A stretch of 64,000 nucleotides of DNA from a virus. Location: positions 1-64,000 of the IMG/VR virus record IMGVR_UViG_3300042090_000646. The stretch is one strand, 5' to 3'. The translations under genes were made by a program, and so were the position numbers. This document shows, in pieces, positions 53,526-62,958 of the stretch. The notes beneath the pieces are model-generated. The model did no database searches. It was not told the DNA's origin and saw only the letters and a program-made list of their open reading frames with translations. The number at the start of each line of letters is the position of its first letter. Position 1 is the stretch's first letter.

Positions 53526-53566
53526 GCCATCCCAACTATGCATGGCCAACCCCAAAGGAGACCCCT

Positions 53567-53860
53567 ATGAAATCATCTTCTCCTCTCAAGAATGCCAACG
53601 TCTGCTGCGACGACTCTGGCAAATTGCAGGTCGACCGCGAAATGGAGTTTCTTGAAGGGGCGATCCGAAACCTGACCGGCACTCTCCAGGTTCTCCTCTC
53701 CCGGATCCAGCCCGTCCTGCGACCTATTCCTCCCGATGGTAAAGAAGAGGTTCCTGAAGATTTCCTTGTGCCCCTCGCTGACTCAATCCGTGCCCGTCGA
53801 TGGGGAATAGAGGCGATCAATAATCGTCTTAACGTGGTCCTGGATCACCTGGAAATCTGA
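53567..53860 (+). CDS. Hypothetical protein
   Basis: AAGGAG RBS. Confidence 0.6.
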   Translation: MKSSSPLKNANVCCDDSGKLQVDREMEFLEGAIRNLTGTLQVLLSRIQPVLRPIPPDGKEEVPEDFLVPLADSIRARRWGIEAINNRLNVVLDHLEI

Positions 53861-54540
53861 TGGCCAAGCATCCCACCTCCGGGTCCAAAGTGCCCCCAAC
53901 CCTCGCCGAGCCGAAGCTCATCCGACTCAAGGTTTCCGAGATCCTCCCCTTCAAGGAAAATCCTCGATCCCATGGTGCCGAGCAGCTCCGCCTCCTCCGA
54001 AAGTCCATGGAGCATTATGGACTGGTCTCGCTGCCTGTGGTCCAGGCTGGCACAAGGCGCCTGATCGCCGGTCATGGGCGGATCGATGCGCTCCGGTCGG
54101 CAGGGTTCAAGGACAGGGAAATCCCCGTCCTTGAAGTCGAAATGAACGACCAAGACGCCCTGGCCTACACCGTGATCGACAACCGCACAGTGGACTTATC
54201 TGCCTGGAAGATGCCCGAACTGAAGTCGGCCATGGCCGAACTGGACGACGGTGCCTTCGACATGGAACTGACCGGATTCGATGCTGATGCCATCTCCGAG
54301 ATGTTTCCCTTGGAGGAAGGTCCGGTAGACCTAGAGAAGGAGCCCAAGCCGAAGGATCCCCAGACCCAGATCCGTCCAGGCGACATGATCCTGCTTGGGG
54401 AGCATTGCCTTCATATCGGCGAGGCCACCGGAGTCGACGACCTGGACCGAGTGGCCACCTGGGTTGGAGAGTGGAAGGCCGTGGGTGGCTCCAAGCCCAA
54501 AGTCCTCCGGTCCGGCAAGGAGGTGAGCTGTGGCCTTTGA
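53860..54540 (+). CDS. ParB/Srx N-terminal domain protein
   Basis: NPRSH..IAGHGR..DNR..W..LTGF. Confidence 0.85.
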   Translation: MAKHPTSGSKVPPTLAEPKLIRLKVSEILPFKENPRSHGAEQLRLLRKSMEHYGLVSLPVVQAGTRRLIAGHGRIDALRSAGFKDREIPVLEVEMNDQDALAYTVIDNRTVDLSAWKMPELKSAMAELDDGAFDMELTGFDADAISEMFPLEEGPVDLEKEPKPKDPQTQIRPGDMILLGEHCLHIGEATGVDDLDRVATWVGEWKAVGGSKPKVLRSGKEVSCGL

Positions 54541-54838
54541 GCGGAATTTCCCTGGCGGCCTTCCCCACGATGCCCCTGGCGTCAACCCCCGCGACCCCCT
54601 CCTGTCCCTGTTGGCTATCGCGGTCCAGCAGGCTGGGGGCCTGATCCAGGTCACTGAACGGGAAATGGCAGAAGCCCAGGATCTCCGGCACTCCCTGACC
54701 ATCGAGCGGTGTCCCTCCATCTTCGGATGGGCTCTCCATCTGGGCAAAGCCACTCCTCTCGCAGGGGACGGCGTCCTTGACGCCGAAATGGTCCCTGCGG
54801 CCAAGTCCACCCTCACAGCCAAGCCAGAACTGTCATGA
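54530..54838 (+). CDS. Hypothetical protein
   Basis: AGGAGG RBS. Confidence 0.6.
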   Translation: MAFERNFPGGLPHDAPGVNPRDPLLSLLAIAVQQAGGLIQVTEREMAEAQDLRHSLTIERCPSIFGWALHLGKATPLAGDGVLDAEMVPAAKSTLTAKPELS

Positions 54839-55068
54839 AGCACTCTTTCGCTGCCCTTCACCGCAACATCCTGGTTGCCGAGGCTCACGGCCTGAACGTG
54901 GTCGGCATTGAAGTGGGGAAGAATGCCTCGAAGGATCTATTGGCCGAATGCGAGGGTATTGCGGCCGATTCGAAGGAGGTGCTTTATCCCACCCGCCTCC
55001 TGGACCTCCCGGTAACCCTGACCCACCAGGCGGACGCCCTCCACCTCATCGTCGACTTTCCGGAGTAG
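54835..55068 (+). CDS. Hypothetical protein
   Basis: ATGA overlap. Confidence 0.6.
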   Translation: MKHSFAALHRNILVAEAHGLNVVGIEVGKNASKDLLAECEGIAADSKEVLYPTRLLDLPVTLTHQADALHLIVDFPE

Positions 55069-55070
55069 CT

Positions 55071-55346
55071 ATGAAGAAGTCCGAGCGTATTGCCGCCCCG
55101 GAGCGAAACGTCAAACGGCTTGAGGACACCGTCCTCCGCCAGAGTGCCGACATCGACTTCCTGATTCAGTTCATCAAGGCCGACAGGATCACCCAGGATC
55201 ACCTCCTTGAGGGATACCTGGCGGCCCGTGAGATGGCAGCGAAGCTCAAACGCGACATGGAGGACACCATGTTCCGAGTCTCTGCCTGGTCCCATCTCAA
55301 TTCCTTCACCGGCCTCACCCCAGGAGCCTCGCATGGCCAATCTTAA
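55071..55346 (+). CDS. Hypothetical protein
   Basis: GGAG RBS. Confidence 0.55.
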   Translation: MKKSERIAAPERNVKRLEDTVLRQSADIDFLIQFIKADRITQDHLLEGYLAAREMAAKLKRDMEDTMFRVSAWSHLNSFTGLTPGASHGQS

Positions 55347-55590
55347 AGACCTTCCTCCGACTATGGACTATGCCCTCCCGACTGGCTCGACGGAGGTCGA
55401 CCTCCGTGCCGAGGTGGTTGCCCTCCGTATCCTGATCGCCACCCTCGTTTGGAAGGCGGGCGGACACGTCGACGTCTACCAGGGGGACGTGGAGCTGGCC
55501 ACATCCTCCTGCCAGCTCCATGCCATCCCACTACCCACTGGCAACGGAACCCGCTGGTTCGTGGACGAGGAGGCCAAGGGCCATGGCTGA
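55333..55590 (+). CDS. Hypothetical protein
   Basis: AGGAG RBS. Confidence 0.55.
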   Translation: MANLKDLPPTMDYALPTGSTEVDLRAEVVALRILIATLVWKAGGHVDVYQGDVELATSSCQLHAIPLPTGNGTRWFVDEEAKGHG

Positions 55591-56485
55591 AATGTTCCGC
55601 CTCATGGCGGGAGACGCCCTTGCTCTGCTGCCTGACCTCCCCGAGGCCAGCATGGACTGCATCGTGACATCGCCGCCCTATTTTGGCAGACGGAACCGCA
55701 ACTACGGCCCCGGGGTCTCCCTTGGGATGGAGCCCGACCCGGACGATTACATCTTCCTGCTGGTCATGATCATGAGAGAGGTTCTCCGCGTCCTGAGAGC
55801 GGAGGGAACCTGCTGGCTGAACATAGCCGACAGCTTCCTGCACAAGGAGCCATTGGGCATCCCCTGGAGGGTCGCCATGGCCCTCAAGCGTTCCGGGTGG
55901 CACATCCGGCAGGAATGCATCTGGGCGAAGCCCAACCCCCTCCCGGAGCCCGTGAAGGACCGCTTTGTGCGCTCCCATGAGTCCCTCTTTCTATTAACGA
56001 AGGGCCCGAAGTATTTCTGGGACCATGAGGCAACCCGCGAGCAAGGAGTGACTACTTCTGCCGGATCGGACCAGAGGGATACTCGGCTCACCCATGAGGC
56101 CGGGGGTGGCAACGGCGGGCTGAATGCTGCCAAGGCCAAGATGCGGGAGCAGCTCGCCGAGCAGGGCTTCGTCACCAGGACGCGCCGAGACGTCTGGACC
56201 ATCCCTACCCAACCTGGTGGTGGACACTTTGCCGTGATGCCCGAGGCTCTCGTGGAAGGTTGCATCCTACCCGGCTGCCCCAAGGATGGCATCGTCCTTG
56301 ACCCCTTCATGGGGTCTGGCACGACTGGTGCCGTCGCCATTATGCATGGACGTCGGTTCATAGGGATCGACCAGAACCCTTCCTATGTCGACCTCGCAGG
56401 AGAGCGCCTGGCCGTTCTGGCCAAACAGGTCCGCGCCGTCCCCTTCCAACACCCTGCCCTTTTCCCGGGTGAGGTGAGCGCATGA
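55583..56485 (+). CDS. Orphan beta-class amino DNA methyltransferase (m4C or m6A)
   Basis: TSPPY before DPFMGSGTT; no adjacent restriction gene. Confidence 0.92.
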   Translation: MAEMFRLMAGDALALLPDLPEASMDCIVTSPPYFGRRNRNYGPGVSLGMEPDPDDYIFLLVMIMREVLRVLRAEGTCWLNIADSFLHKEPLGIPWRVAMALKRSGWHIRQECIWAKPNPLPEPVKDRFVRSHESLFLLTKGPKYFWDHEATREQGVTTSAGSDQRDTRLTHEAGGGNGGLNAAKAKMREQLAEQGFVTRTRRDVWTIPTQPGGGHFAVMPEALVEGCILPGCPKDGIVLDPFMGSGTTGAVAIMHGRRFIGIDQNPSYVDLAGERLAVLAKQVRAVPFQHPALFPGEVSA

Positions 56486-56703
56486 CCGCCATGAACCGCT
56501 TCCGGCGCAGAAGAATCTACAAAGAGAACACGCCGGATCCTCGGATCATGCGGGGCTGCCCCCAGCGGAAATTGGGGTATCAGACCAAGGCCGTGGCCAA
56601 GAGCGCCGCCGCCAAGGGACTCCGATTTGGAGCCCTGCCGCTTTATCCCTACAAATGCCCCTATTGCAAATATTGGCATTTAACTGAGCAGGTGCAGGGA
56701 TGA
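56482..56703 (+). CDS. Small zinc-binding protein
   Basis: YKCPYCKYWHLT. Confidence 0.65.
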   Translation: MTAMNRFRRRRIYKENTPDPRIMRGCPQRKLGYQTKAVAKSAAAKGLRFGALPLYPYKCPYCKYWHLTEQVQG

Positions 56704-57404
56704 GGAAGAAGGCCGTCAAGCGGCTCATCCCGGTAGCCTCCAATGTTGAATCTGGTAAACCGTCCAAAACCAGGAAGATAACGGTTAAACCTGCCGAGAA
56801 GCCTGCATCCAAGAAGCGGATTCTGGCGAAGAACCGACGCACTCCAAAGATTGCATGGAATATCGTTAGAGACACTTACGTCCAAGGATTTTTTGACGAG
56901 AACGCTGAAAACCCGCAACCGCGCCGTTGGCTGAACAACGCCGAAATTGCGAGGATGTATAACATTCATGAATCCAGCGTTTCCGTGCATGTGCGCGATG
57001 AAAAATGGGCGGCCCAGCGCGAGGCATTTCAGAAGGACCTCAGGGCCCAGGAGGACGCCCGCCTGGCCTCCGAACTCGCTGACCGCCGGGTCCGTTCCCA
57101 GGTCGCCTTTGCCACCGTGGGACAGAACCTCGCCTCCCAGGTGCAGGCCCATGTTCGGGTCGCTCAAGAGAAGCAGCGTCCCATTGACCCCAAGAGCCTG
57201 CGGGCCCTGGCCGGGACCCTCCGCACCTCCCAGCAAGTCGTCGAGGTGGCCTTTGGGAAGCCTGCTGATGGGGAAGGTTCCGTCCATGTGGACTGGGCTG
57301 TATTCCTGACACCTCCGCCACCCCCTGTCCGCGAAGCCTTGCCCGACATTGACGCCGACGCTCCCGAGTTTGGCGGCGTCGTCACCCCTCCCAGGAGCGC
57401 CTGA
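56700..57404 (+). CDS. Terminase small subunit candidate
   Basis: HTH AEIARMYNI..V....EKW...R followed by helical oligomerisation-like region. Confidence 0.55.
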   Translation: MRKKAVKRLIPVASNVESGKPSKTRKITVKPAEKPASKKRILAKNRRTPKIAWNIVRDTYVQGFFDENAENPQPRRWLNNAEIARMYNIHESSVSVHVRDEKWAAQREAFQKDLRAQEDARLASELADRRVRSQVAFATVGQNLASQVQAHVRVAQEKQRPIDPKSLRALAGTLRTSQQVVEVAFGKPADGEGSVHVDWAVFLTPPPPPVREALPDIDADAPEFGGVVTPPRSA

Positions 57405-57405
57405 G

Positions 57406-57609
57406 ATGCATACCGAGCCCAACGATCCCCGCCAGGTATGGGTCGCTGACGACCCCAACGACTTCAATGGCTGGGAGATTCTCGCCATGGAGTTGGTCAA
57501 GGACGGTGTGGGTCGGGTTGACTGCCGCCGGCATCTGCCCGAAGGGAACGGCATGGTGTTCCGCCAGATTTTCTGCTCTGTCGACGTCTTCAACCGGATA
57601 GGTGCCTAG
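57406..57609 (+). CDS. Hypothetical protein
   Basis: AGGAG RBS. Confidence 0.55.
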   Translation: MHTEPNDPRQVWVADDPNDFNGWEILAMELVKDGVGRVDCRRHLPEGNGMVFRQIFCSVDVFNRIGA

Positions 57610-58212
57610 ATGCTCCGTGGAACCATCATCCCCCGCTTCCCCTGGGGTATCCCTCCTGACGCCATCAAGGGCGTCCCAGGAGCCCCCTACCTGGCCCCGA
57701 TCCCCCTTCCTCCTGTCGCCGAGGAAATGGAGCCGGTCACGCTCTGCTGGTCGTGCGCTCTGGCCCACCTAATGGCCCTCCATTGCCTCTACATCCACGC
57801 GGGCCACTCCAGGGTTACCGAGCGGCTCCTGGAGATGGCCCGTGAGATCGCCAACGTCCTGGTGAGGCGTGACATGCCCTTTGCGGGCCCTCCCCTCTGC
57901 GGCGCCGCAGCCACCGCGGCCACGGCCATCTATGAGGAGCGGGGGCCCATGGTCGCCACCTCAGAGGCGGGTTGGTGGGCCGTCGCCGCCCAGGCCAGCT
58001 TTGCCCTCTCAGCTTGGTATGGGCTCAACCACGAAGACCATTCCGATGAGGCGCCTTTGGCCACCAAGCTGCACCGATCCATTCGGGCCGGGATGGTCTG
58101 CATGTATGGGGACGCCCCCGCCTCCCGGCTTCTGGACTTCGCCACGGGGGACGGCGCCGGGGACCTCCTGAAGATGATCGCAAAGGTGCATGTTGAGCTG
58201 GAGAGATCCTGA
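57610..58212 (+). CDS. Hypothetical protein
   Basis: Abuts both neighbours. Confidence 0.55.
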   Translation: MLRGTIIPRFPWGIPPDAIKGVPGAPYLAPIPLPPVAEEMEPVTLCWSCALAHLMALHCLYIHAGHSRVTERLLEMAREIANVLVRRDMPFAGPPLCGAAATAATAIYEERGPMVATSEAGWWAVAAQASFALSAWYGLNHEDHSDEAPLATKLHRSIRAGMVCMYGDAPASRLLDFATGDGAGDLLKMIAKVHVELERS

Positions 58213-59267
58213 TGCCCAAATTCCGCCCCCTCAATACCATGAGCCTTGATGACGCCGTTGACGAGCTGGCTGGTCTCATGGACGCCAAGCCCGCCCAGGA
58301 AGGTGACCCGGTGGACCTCCTGCACTGGAACCAGGACTTCTTCGTCCGCTGCCAGGAGTTGGAAAACCGGATCCGCTACCTCCAAAGCCAAACCCACCAG
58401 GGGCCCATTATGGATCCTGGCTCCGACACCCCCATGGGCGCCCCAGAAGCCGCTCCAGAAACGCCCGCGCCCAAGACCATGGCGGAGCGCATCCAAACCC
58501 GGACCGATGCCTTCCGCGACCTCCTGCGGCGCCTCCAGACCAATCCGCACGACCGGAGACTACGGAAGAACACCCAAACCACTCGCTGGCACATCCAGAC
58601 CATGGCTCGGGAAGGCGGCTTGCCCTTGCCCGAGCTGCCAGAGCTTCCGCCGTTGCCGGGATTTGTTCCCAAAACTTCCGCCGGGCCCGTCGCCGTCCTA
58701 TCTGCCGAAGAGGCCAAGCGCAAGGGTATCCCTCTACCGAAAGGCGCTACTGGAGCCTGCCTCTATGGCCAGGTCCCCCCAGGTCTCATGCCCGACGCCA
58801 AAGCAGCCCCGCACAGGTGCTGCAAGACCGACAATGAGAAGCTCCAGACGCTCAGGGATCGCTACCTCTTGATGCTGGAGGTGCTGGACAAGATGCCCAA
58901 TGATCTAAATGCCAGGCAAAACGCCAGTAAAGCTCATGGGAGGCTCCGGGGTGCCTATGAAGCCAGGCATCTCCCTATCGACTTCCCGCCCTTCCCTTAT
59001 CGTAAAGCCAATTGCGGAGAGGGACAGATCCTGCCTCTGCCAAAGCCTCCGGGTACTACTTGCCCCGCCATCGAGGCGGCGAAGACTCAAGGCGAGACGC
59101 TCCCTGTCCTGCACCGCAAGATCATCAGGGTGACGGTTGCCGCGCACGGCCGGGACTGCGAGGTGGTCCTGGACGACGGTTCGGTAATCATCGGCCTCAC
59201 TAGTATTTCGGCCGAGGCCAACATGAAAGACCTTGCCTCGTTTTCCCTCATGGGGAGGCTGGCATGA
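58212..59267 (+). CDS. Hypothetical protein with an internal helical repeat
   Basis: Two similar segments (QTRTD..NPHD..LPELP and QTLRD..MPND..FPPFP). Confidence 0.65.
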   Translation: MPKFRPLNTMSLDDAVDELAGLMDAKPAQEGDPVDLLHWNQDFFVRCQELENRIRYLQSQTHQGPIMDPGSDTPMGAPEAAPETPAPKTMAERIQTRTDAFRDLLRRLQTNPHDRRLRKNTQTTRWHIQTMAREGGLPLPELPELPPLPGFVPKTSAGPVAVLSAEEAKRKGIPLPKGATGACLYGQVPPGLMPDAKAAPHRCCKTDNEKLQTLRDRYLLMLEVLDKMPNDLNARQNASKAHGRLRGAYEARHLPIDFPPFPYRKANCGEGQILPLPKPPGTTCPAIEAAKTQGETLPVLHRKIIRVTVAAHGRDCEVVLDDGSVIIGLTSISAEANMKDLASFSLMGRLA

Positions 59268-59455
59268 GCGGAGAGATCATCCCCTTCGATATGCACGACG
59301 ATGCTCATCCCCGCATCCATCACTCGGATGATGATGAGGTGGACATGGACCGCCTGCTCCAGACCATGAGCGACTGGTCCGCCACCTTCCACTCCATCGC
59401 CAACGGACCTGAGCCCCTGGCTGCCGCCCTGGCACGGGAGGCCCTGACCCGATGA
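59264..59455 (+). CDS. Hypothetical protein
   Basis: GGAGG RBS; ATGA overlap. Confidence 0.55.
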   Translation: MSGEIIPFDMHDDAHPRIHHSDDDEVDMDRLLQTMSDWSATFHSIANGPEPLAAALAREALTR

Positions 59456-59691
59456 TCGCGTTCATCTTCTTTACGAGATTCCCTTTGCCTTTCATCCCGC
59501 AAATGGCTCGGCTGGTGAGGCCAGCCTACGCCCGCGTTATGGAATGCAGGGAACCATTATCCCGGGACGATGGGCCGTCCCGTGACCCCCGCTTCAAGGT
59601 GGATTGGCTCGCGCGGCGGGAGGCCGCCTTGGAGTGGGAACGCCCACTCCAGGGCAGGAGGCATACGGAACCGCAACCCCTCCTGTCCTGA
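59452..59691 (+). CDS. Hypothetical protein
   Basis: ATGA overlap. Confidence 0.45.
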   Translation: MIAFIFFTRFPLPFIPQMARLVRPAYARVMECREPLSRDDGPSRDPRFKVDWLARREAALEWERPLQGRRHTEPQPLLS

Positions 59692-59760
59692 TCTCCTGAA
59701 ACCCGTGTGGGGAGGGCGCCCTTGCCCTCCCTGCTTTCACCACCACCCGAGGACACCGCC

Positions 59761-60171
59761 ATGCAAGAAGTCACTGTCGGCACCCGCGCATTGATTGCCA
59801 CCATCCAAGCCAACCGAGAACGCCACTCCAGCGCCTTCGGCGAAGCCACCATCGGCTACCAGAACGCCGTCAAGGACCTCCTGGAGAAGTGGGACGAATG
59901 CCTGAACCATCACCGCTGCAACAAGAAGTCCCCCCTATTCGGGCGCCCCCCGGACTCCGACGCCTTCTTCTCTGAGGCTGTCCGGGAGATCGGTGAGCTG
60001 CGGGCGCCGAAGCACCACCTAGACGAATACGACCGCGCCCTGGCCATGCTCCAGATGAGCGTGAACGCGGAGGTAACTCTCCAGGAACACGAATTCCAGC
60101 AGCTCGTCATGGACGAGTGGGGCTGGAAGCGGGAGTTCCAGGCCATCACCTCCAGCTATGGCGTGAGGTAG
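59761..60171 (+). CDS. Conserved-looking phage hypothetical protein
   Basis: EYDRALAMLQMSV..EFQQLVMDEWGWK. Confidence 0.7.
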   Translation: MQEVTVGTRALIATIQANRERHSSAFGEATIGYQNAVKDLLEKWDECLNHHRCNKKSPLFGRPPDSDAFFSEAVREIGELRAPKHHLDEYDRALAMLQMSVNAEVTLQEHEFQQLVMDEWGWKREFQAITSSYGVR

Positions 60172-60174
60172 GCG

Positions 60175-60525
60175 ATGTGCTGGTGTGACCCCAATCTCCG
60201 GGATGGATGCTGTGGCAAGCTGGGATGCTTTCCCAAGGAGGCAGGGCTTGCCGATATGCTACGTCATATCACTGCTTCCAACCCGTCCACTGTTCCTGAG
60301 CTGCCCAAGGGTATCACCGTTTGTATGGCCTTAGACGAAGCCACCGAGTTCACGAGGCTTTGGAAAGAAACCGAGGGCAGGCCCACGGAGCCGCCCGTCA
60401 CCCTCATGGGTATGGAGATAAGGGTCAGCTTCGCCGTCCCGCCCAACACCGTCTTCATCAAAAATGCGGCCGGCGCCACCGTCGGCATGGTTACCAACAT
60501 CTCGCTGAATGGAGAACTGGCATGA
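60175..60525 (+). CDS. Hypothetical protein
   Basis: GAGG RBS. Confidence 0.55.
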   Translation: MCWCDPNLRDGCCGKLGCFPKEAGLADMLRHITASNPSTVPELPKGITVCMALDEATEFTRLWKETEGRPTEPPVTLMGMEIRVSFAVPPNTVFIKNAAGATVGMVTNISLNGELA

Positions 60526-60770
60526 AACGCTTCCTTTTCGCCTCCGCCATCCTCCTCGCTCTGGTCGGCTGCACCCGCGAGGACGCCACCCGCCGGATCC
60601 TGATCCAGTCCGGCTACTCCCAGGTGGAGATCACCGGCTGGCGCCCCTTCGCTGCCGGGAAGGACGACACTTTCAGCACCGGCTTCCGAGCCAAGGCGCC
60701 CAACGGCCAGGTTGTCACCGGTGCGGTGACCTCCGGGCTGCTCAAGGGCTGGACTGTGAGGCTCGACTAG
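60522..60770 (+). CDS. Small lipoprotein
   Basis: MKRFLF..LVGC lipobox. Confidence 0.75.
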   Translation: MKRFLFASAILLALVGCTREDATRRILIQSGYSQVEITGWRPFAAGKDDTFSTGFRAKAPNGQVVTGAVTSGLLKGWTVRLD

Positions 60771-60771
60771 C

Positions 60772-61131
60772 ATGGAACCCACGTTCCAATTCACCCGACT
60801 AGGGGACCAAGTGGTCCCTGGGAAGCTCTGGCTCCGGGCCAGCCGCACCCCATGGCGGATGTACAACGAGATAGAACTACGCCTGGCCGTGGTGGACGGG
60901 GAGAAGGTGACCGTGGCCACCAACCTCTGCCTGACCACCCAGGACCAGAATGCCAATGTACCTCCGCTCATGTCCCTGGGCTTCAACATGGCCCAGCAGC
61001 TCATGGATCAGCTCTGGGACTGCGGGCTACGGCCCTCCGAGGGCGCCGGGTCCGTCGGGCAGATGGCCGCCGTCCAAGCCCACCTCGCTGATATGCGGGC
61101 CCTTGTGCCCGGCCTGAAAGGGAAGCCATGA
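60772..61131 (+). CDS. Hypothetical protein
   Basis: AQQLMDQLWDCGLRPSEG. Confidence 0.65.
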   Translation: MEPTFQFTRLGDQVVPGKLWLRASRTPWRMYNEIELRLAVVDGEKVTVATNLCLTTQDQNANVPPLMSLGFNMAQQLMDQLWDCGLRPSEGAGSVGQMAAVQAHLADMRALVPGLKGKP

Positions 61132-61613
61132 TCGCCATCCACTGCCGCTCCAATACCCCCAGCTCCTGGCTGGTTCGGTTCTTCTGCTGGTCCCCATGGA
61201 GCCATCTGGTCCTCCTGCACCCCAACGGGATCGACACCTACGAGGCTGTCTGGCCTCGGGTGAAGCGGTCCACCCTCCTGGATGTGCTTGAGCGGAACGG
61301 GACCTGTCATCCGGTGGACTATGAGTGCAAAGACCCCGAAGCGGCCATGGCCTGGTGCGCCTCCCAGCTTGGCAAGCCCTATGACCTGTCCGCGCTGTTC
61401 GGCTTCCTGATCCATCGGGACTGGCATCATGCCGGCAAGTGGTTCTGCACCGAGTTCGGCGCCGTCGCCTTCGAGATGGGGGGATCGCCCAAATTCCGTC
61501 CCGAGGTGGACGACAGGATCACCCCATGGGACTGGTGGACGCTGCCCGGCCAGGACGTAACCCTCCAATCGCTCATCCGTCGGGCCATCAATCTCCCAAG
61601 AAAGGAATTCTAA
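61128..61613 (+). CDS. Permuted papain-like (YiiX/NlpC-P60) enzyme
   Basis: WSH..GKPYD..KWFCTE. Confidence 0.8.
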   Translation: MIAIHCRSNTPSSWLVRFFCWSPWSHLVLLHPNGIDTYEAVWPRVKRSTLLDVLERNGTCHPVDYECKDPEAAMAWCASQLGKPYDLSALFGFLIHRDWHHAGKWFCTEFGAVAFEMGGSPKFRPEVDDRITPWDWWTLPGQDVTLQSLIRRAINLPRKEF

Positions 61614-62065
61614 TGGACCCCGAAGCCCAGGTTCCTGTCCCAATGCGCCGCCGCCTTGCGGATCGACGCGGCAATCCGACCATCGACGCAGGCCCTCTGC
61701 CGGTGGACTTTATGAGCCATCCGCCCGAGATCGACCCCAATGGCATTGGCCAGCACGAACCAGGAGCCAAGCTGGACGCTGGGAAGCTCCGGCCCTGGCT
61801 CTGCATCGGTGGCTTCAGCCGGGCCCTGGAGGAGGTGGCCAAGGTCACCACGGTCGGGGCACGGAAGTATTCCCCCAATGGTTGGAAGGCAGTCCCCGAC
61901 GGCAAGGACCGATACATGGACGCTGCTGTGCGCCATATGATCAAGTGCGGCCAGGGCGAGAAGGTGGACCGGGACACCGGATGCCTCCACCATGCCCAGG
62001 TGATCTGGAATCTCCTCGCAAGCCTTGAGCTGGAGCTTCAGGAGCGAGAGGAGAAGGCTGGATGA
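61613..62065 (+). CDS. dATP/dGTP diphosphohydrolase-like (DUF5664)
   Basis: GAKLDAGK..GARKYSPNGW..YMDAAVRH..D.DTG..H. Confidence 0.85.
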   Translation: MDPEAQVPVPMRRRLADRRGNPTIDAGPLPVDFMSHPPEIDPNGIGQHEPGAKLDAGKLRPWLCIGGFSRALEEVAKVTTVGARKYSPNGWKAVPDGKDRYMDAAVRHMIKCGQGEKVDRDTGCLHHAQVIWNLLASLELELQEREEKAG

Positions 62066-62373
62066 GCCGCCTTCCGAAGGCCCAGGTCCAGCGCCACGCC
62101 CGCGCCAAGGCCCGACGTGTTGCTGCCGCCCGGGCATCAAAGTGTGGCCTGCTCGCCATCCTGGGGCGGATCTGCGATGGGGTCCGCATCCCCCTGGTCG
62201 GGGATCCCGCATCGCCTTGGGTCGGCACCAGGACCCCGATGGCTCATGGCCGGGTCCAGATCACCGTGAGCGGCCCATATGGCCTTGGCCCAGAAATGAC
62301 CTGGATCGCTCCCTACGACGGATACCCCTATCGTCCCTGGATCCCCAAGAGAAGGCGGAGAGGCCGGTTATGA
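62062..62373 (+). CDS. Hypothetical protein
   Basis: ATGA overlaps at both ends. Confidence 0.5.
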   Translation: MSRLPKAQVQRHARAKARRVAAARASKCGLLAILGRICDGVRIPLVGDPASPWVGTRTPMAHGRVQITVSGPYGLGPEMTWIAPYDGYPYRPWIPKRRRRGRL

Positions 62374-62696
62374 AGAATCCCAACGCTGCCCCGGGCTACG
62401 TGGCCATGTATCCCATCCTCTGCGAGGTTGCGAGGGCCCACGGCTACGCCCTTGCGATCCACGGCACCGTCCAGCGCGACCTGGACCTGGTGGCCATCCC
62501 ATGGATGGAGGAGGCCGCTGCGCCCGAGATGCTGGTGGCAGCTCTGCGCAAGCGGTGCCAGTTGTTCCTGTTCGCCCCAGACCACCCCATCATGCAGCCC
62601 ATGGAGAAGCCCCATGGCCGACGTGCCTGGACCATCCCCCTCATGGGTGAGACCTTCATCGACCTGTCTGTCATGCCCCGGAGCACCCATGAATAG
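62370..62696 (+). CDS. Minimal nucleotidyltransferase-like protein
   Basis: HGT..RDLDLVA. Confidence 0.55.
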   Translation: MKNPNAAPGYVAMYPILCEVARAHGYALAIHGTVQRDLDLVAIPWMEEAAAPEMLVAALRKRCQLFLFAPDHPIMQPMEKPHGRRAWTIPLMGETFIDLSVMPRSTHE

Positions 62697-62958
62697 ACCA
62701 CTCTCCTTGCATGGGGACCTAAACCGGCATGGGCGCAAGGCCATCCAAATGAGGCTGAAGGCGGCCATCAAGGAATCCCTCCGCCCTTTGATAGGCCAGG
62801 AAATCAACCAGAGCCTCATCCAAAACATTCGGGAGTGCCTGGATCCCAGATGCACGCTGGAGGTTGTTGGCGATCAAATCCACGTCATGGGCCCTCCGAT
62901 CCCCTACATCAGCATCAGCTACGTCCTCACCCCGGACCCCGACCATGACCCTGCTTGA
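62689..62958 (+). CDS. Hypothetical protein
   Basis: GGAG RBS. Confidence 0.5.
   Translation: MNRPLSLHGDLNRHGRKAIQMRLKAAIKESLRPLIGQEINQSLIQNIRECLDPRCTLEVVGDQIHVMGPPIPYISISYVLTPDPDHDPA

Noticed and set aside
55583-56485. Restriction-modification system
   Set aside because: No cognate restriction endonuclease nearby; orphan phage MTase
61613-62065. 2-aminoadenine (Z) genome system
   Set aside because: No PurZ, DatZ or DNA polymerase in the window; this domain also occurs alone
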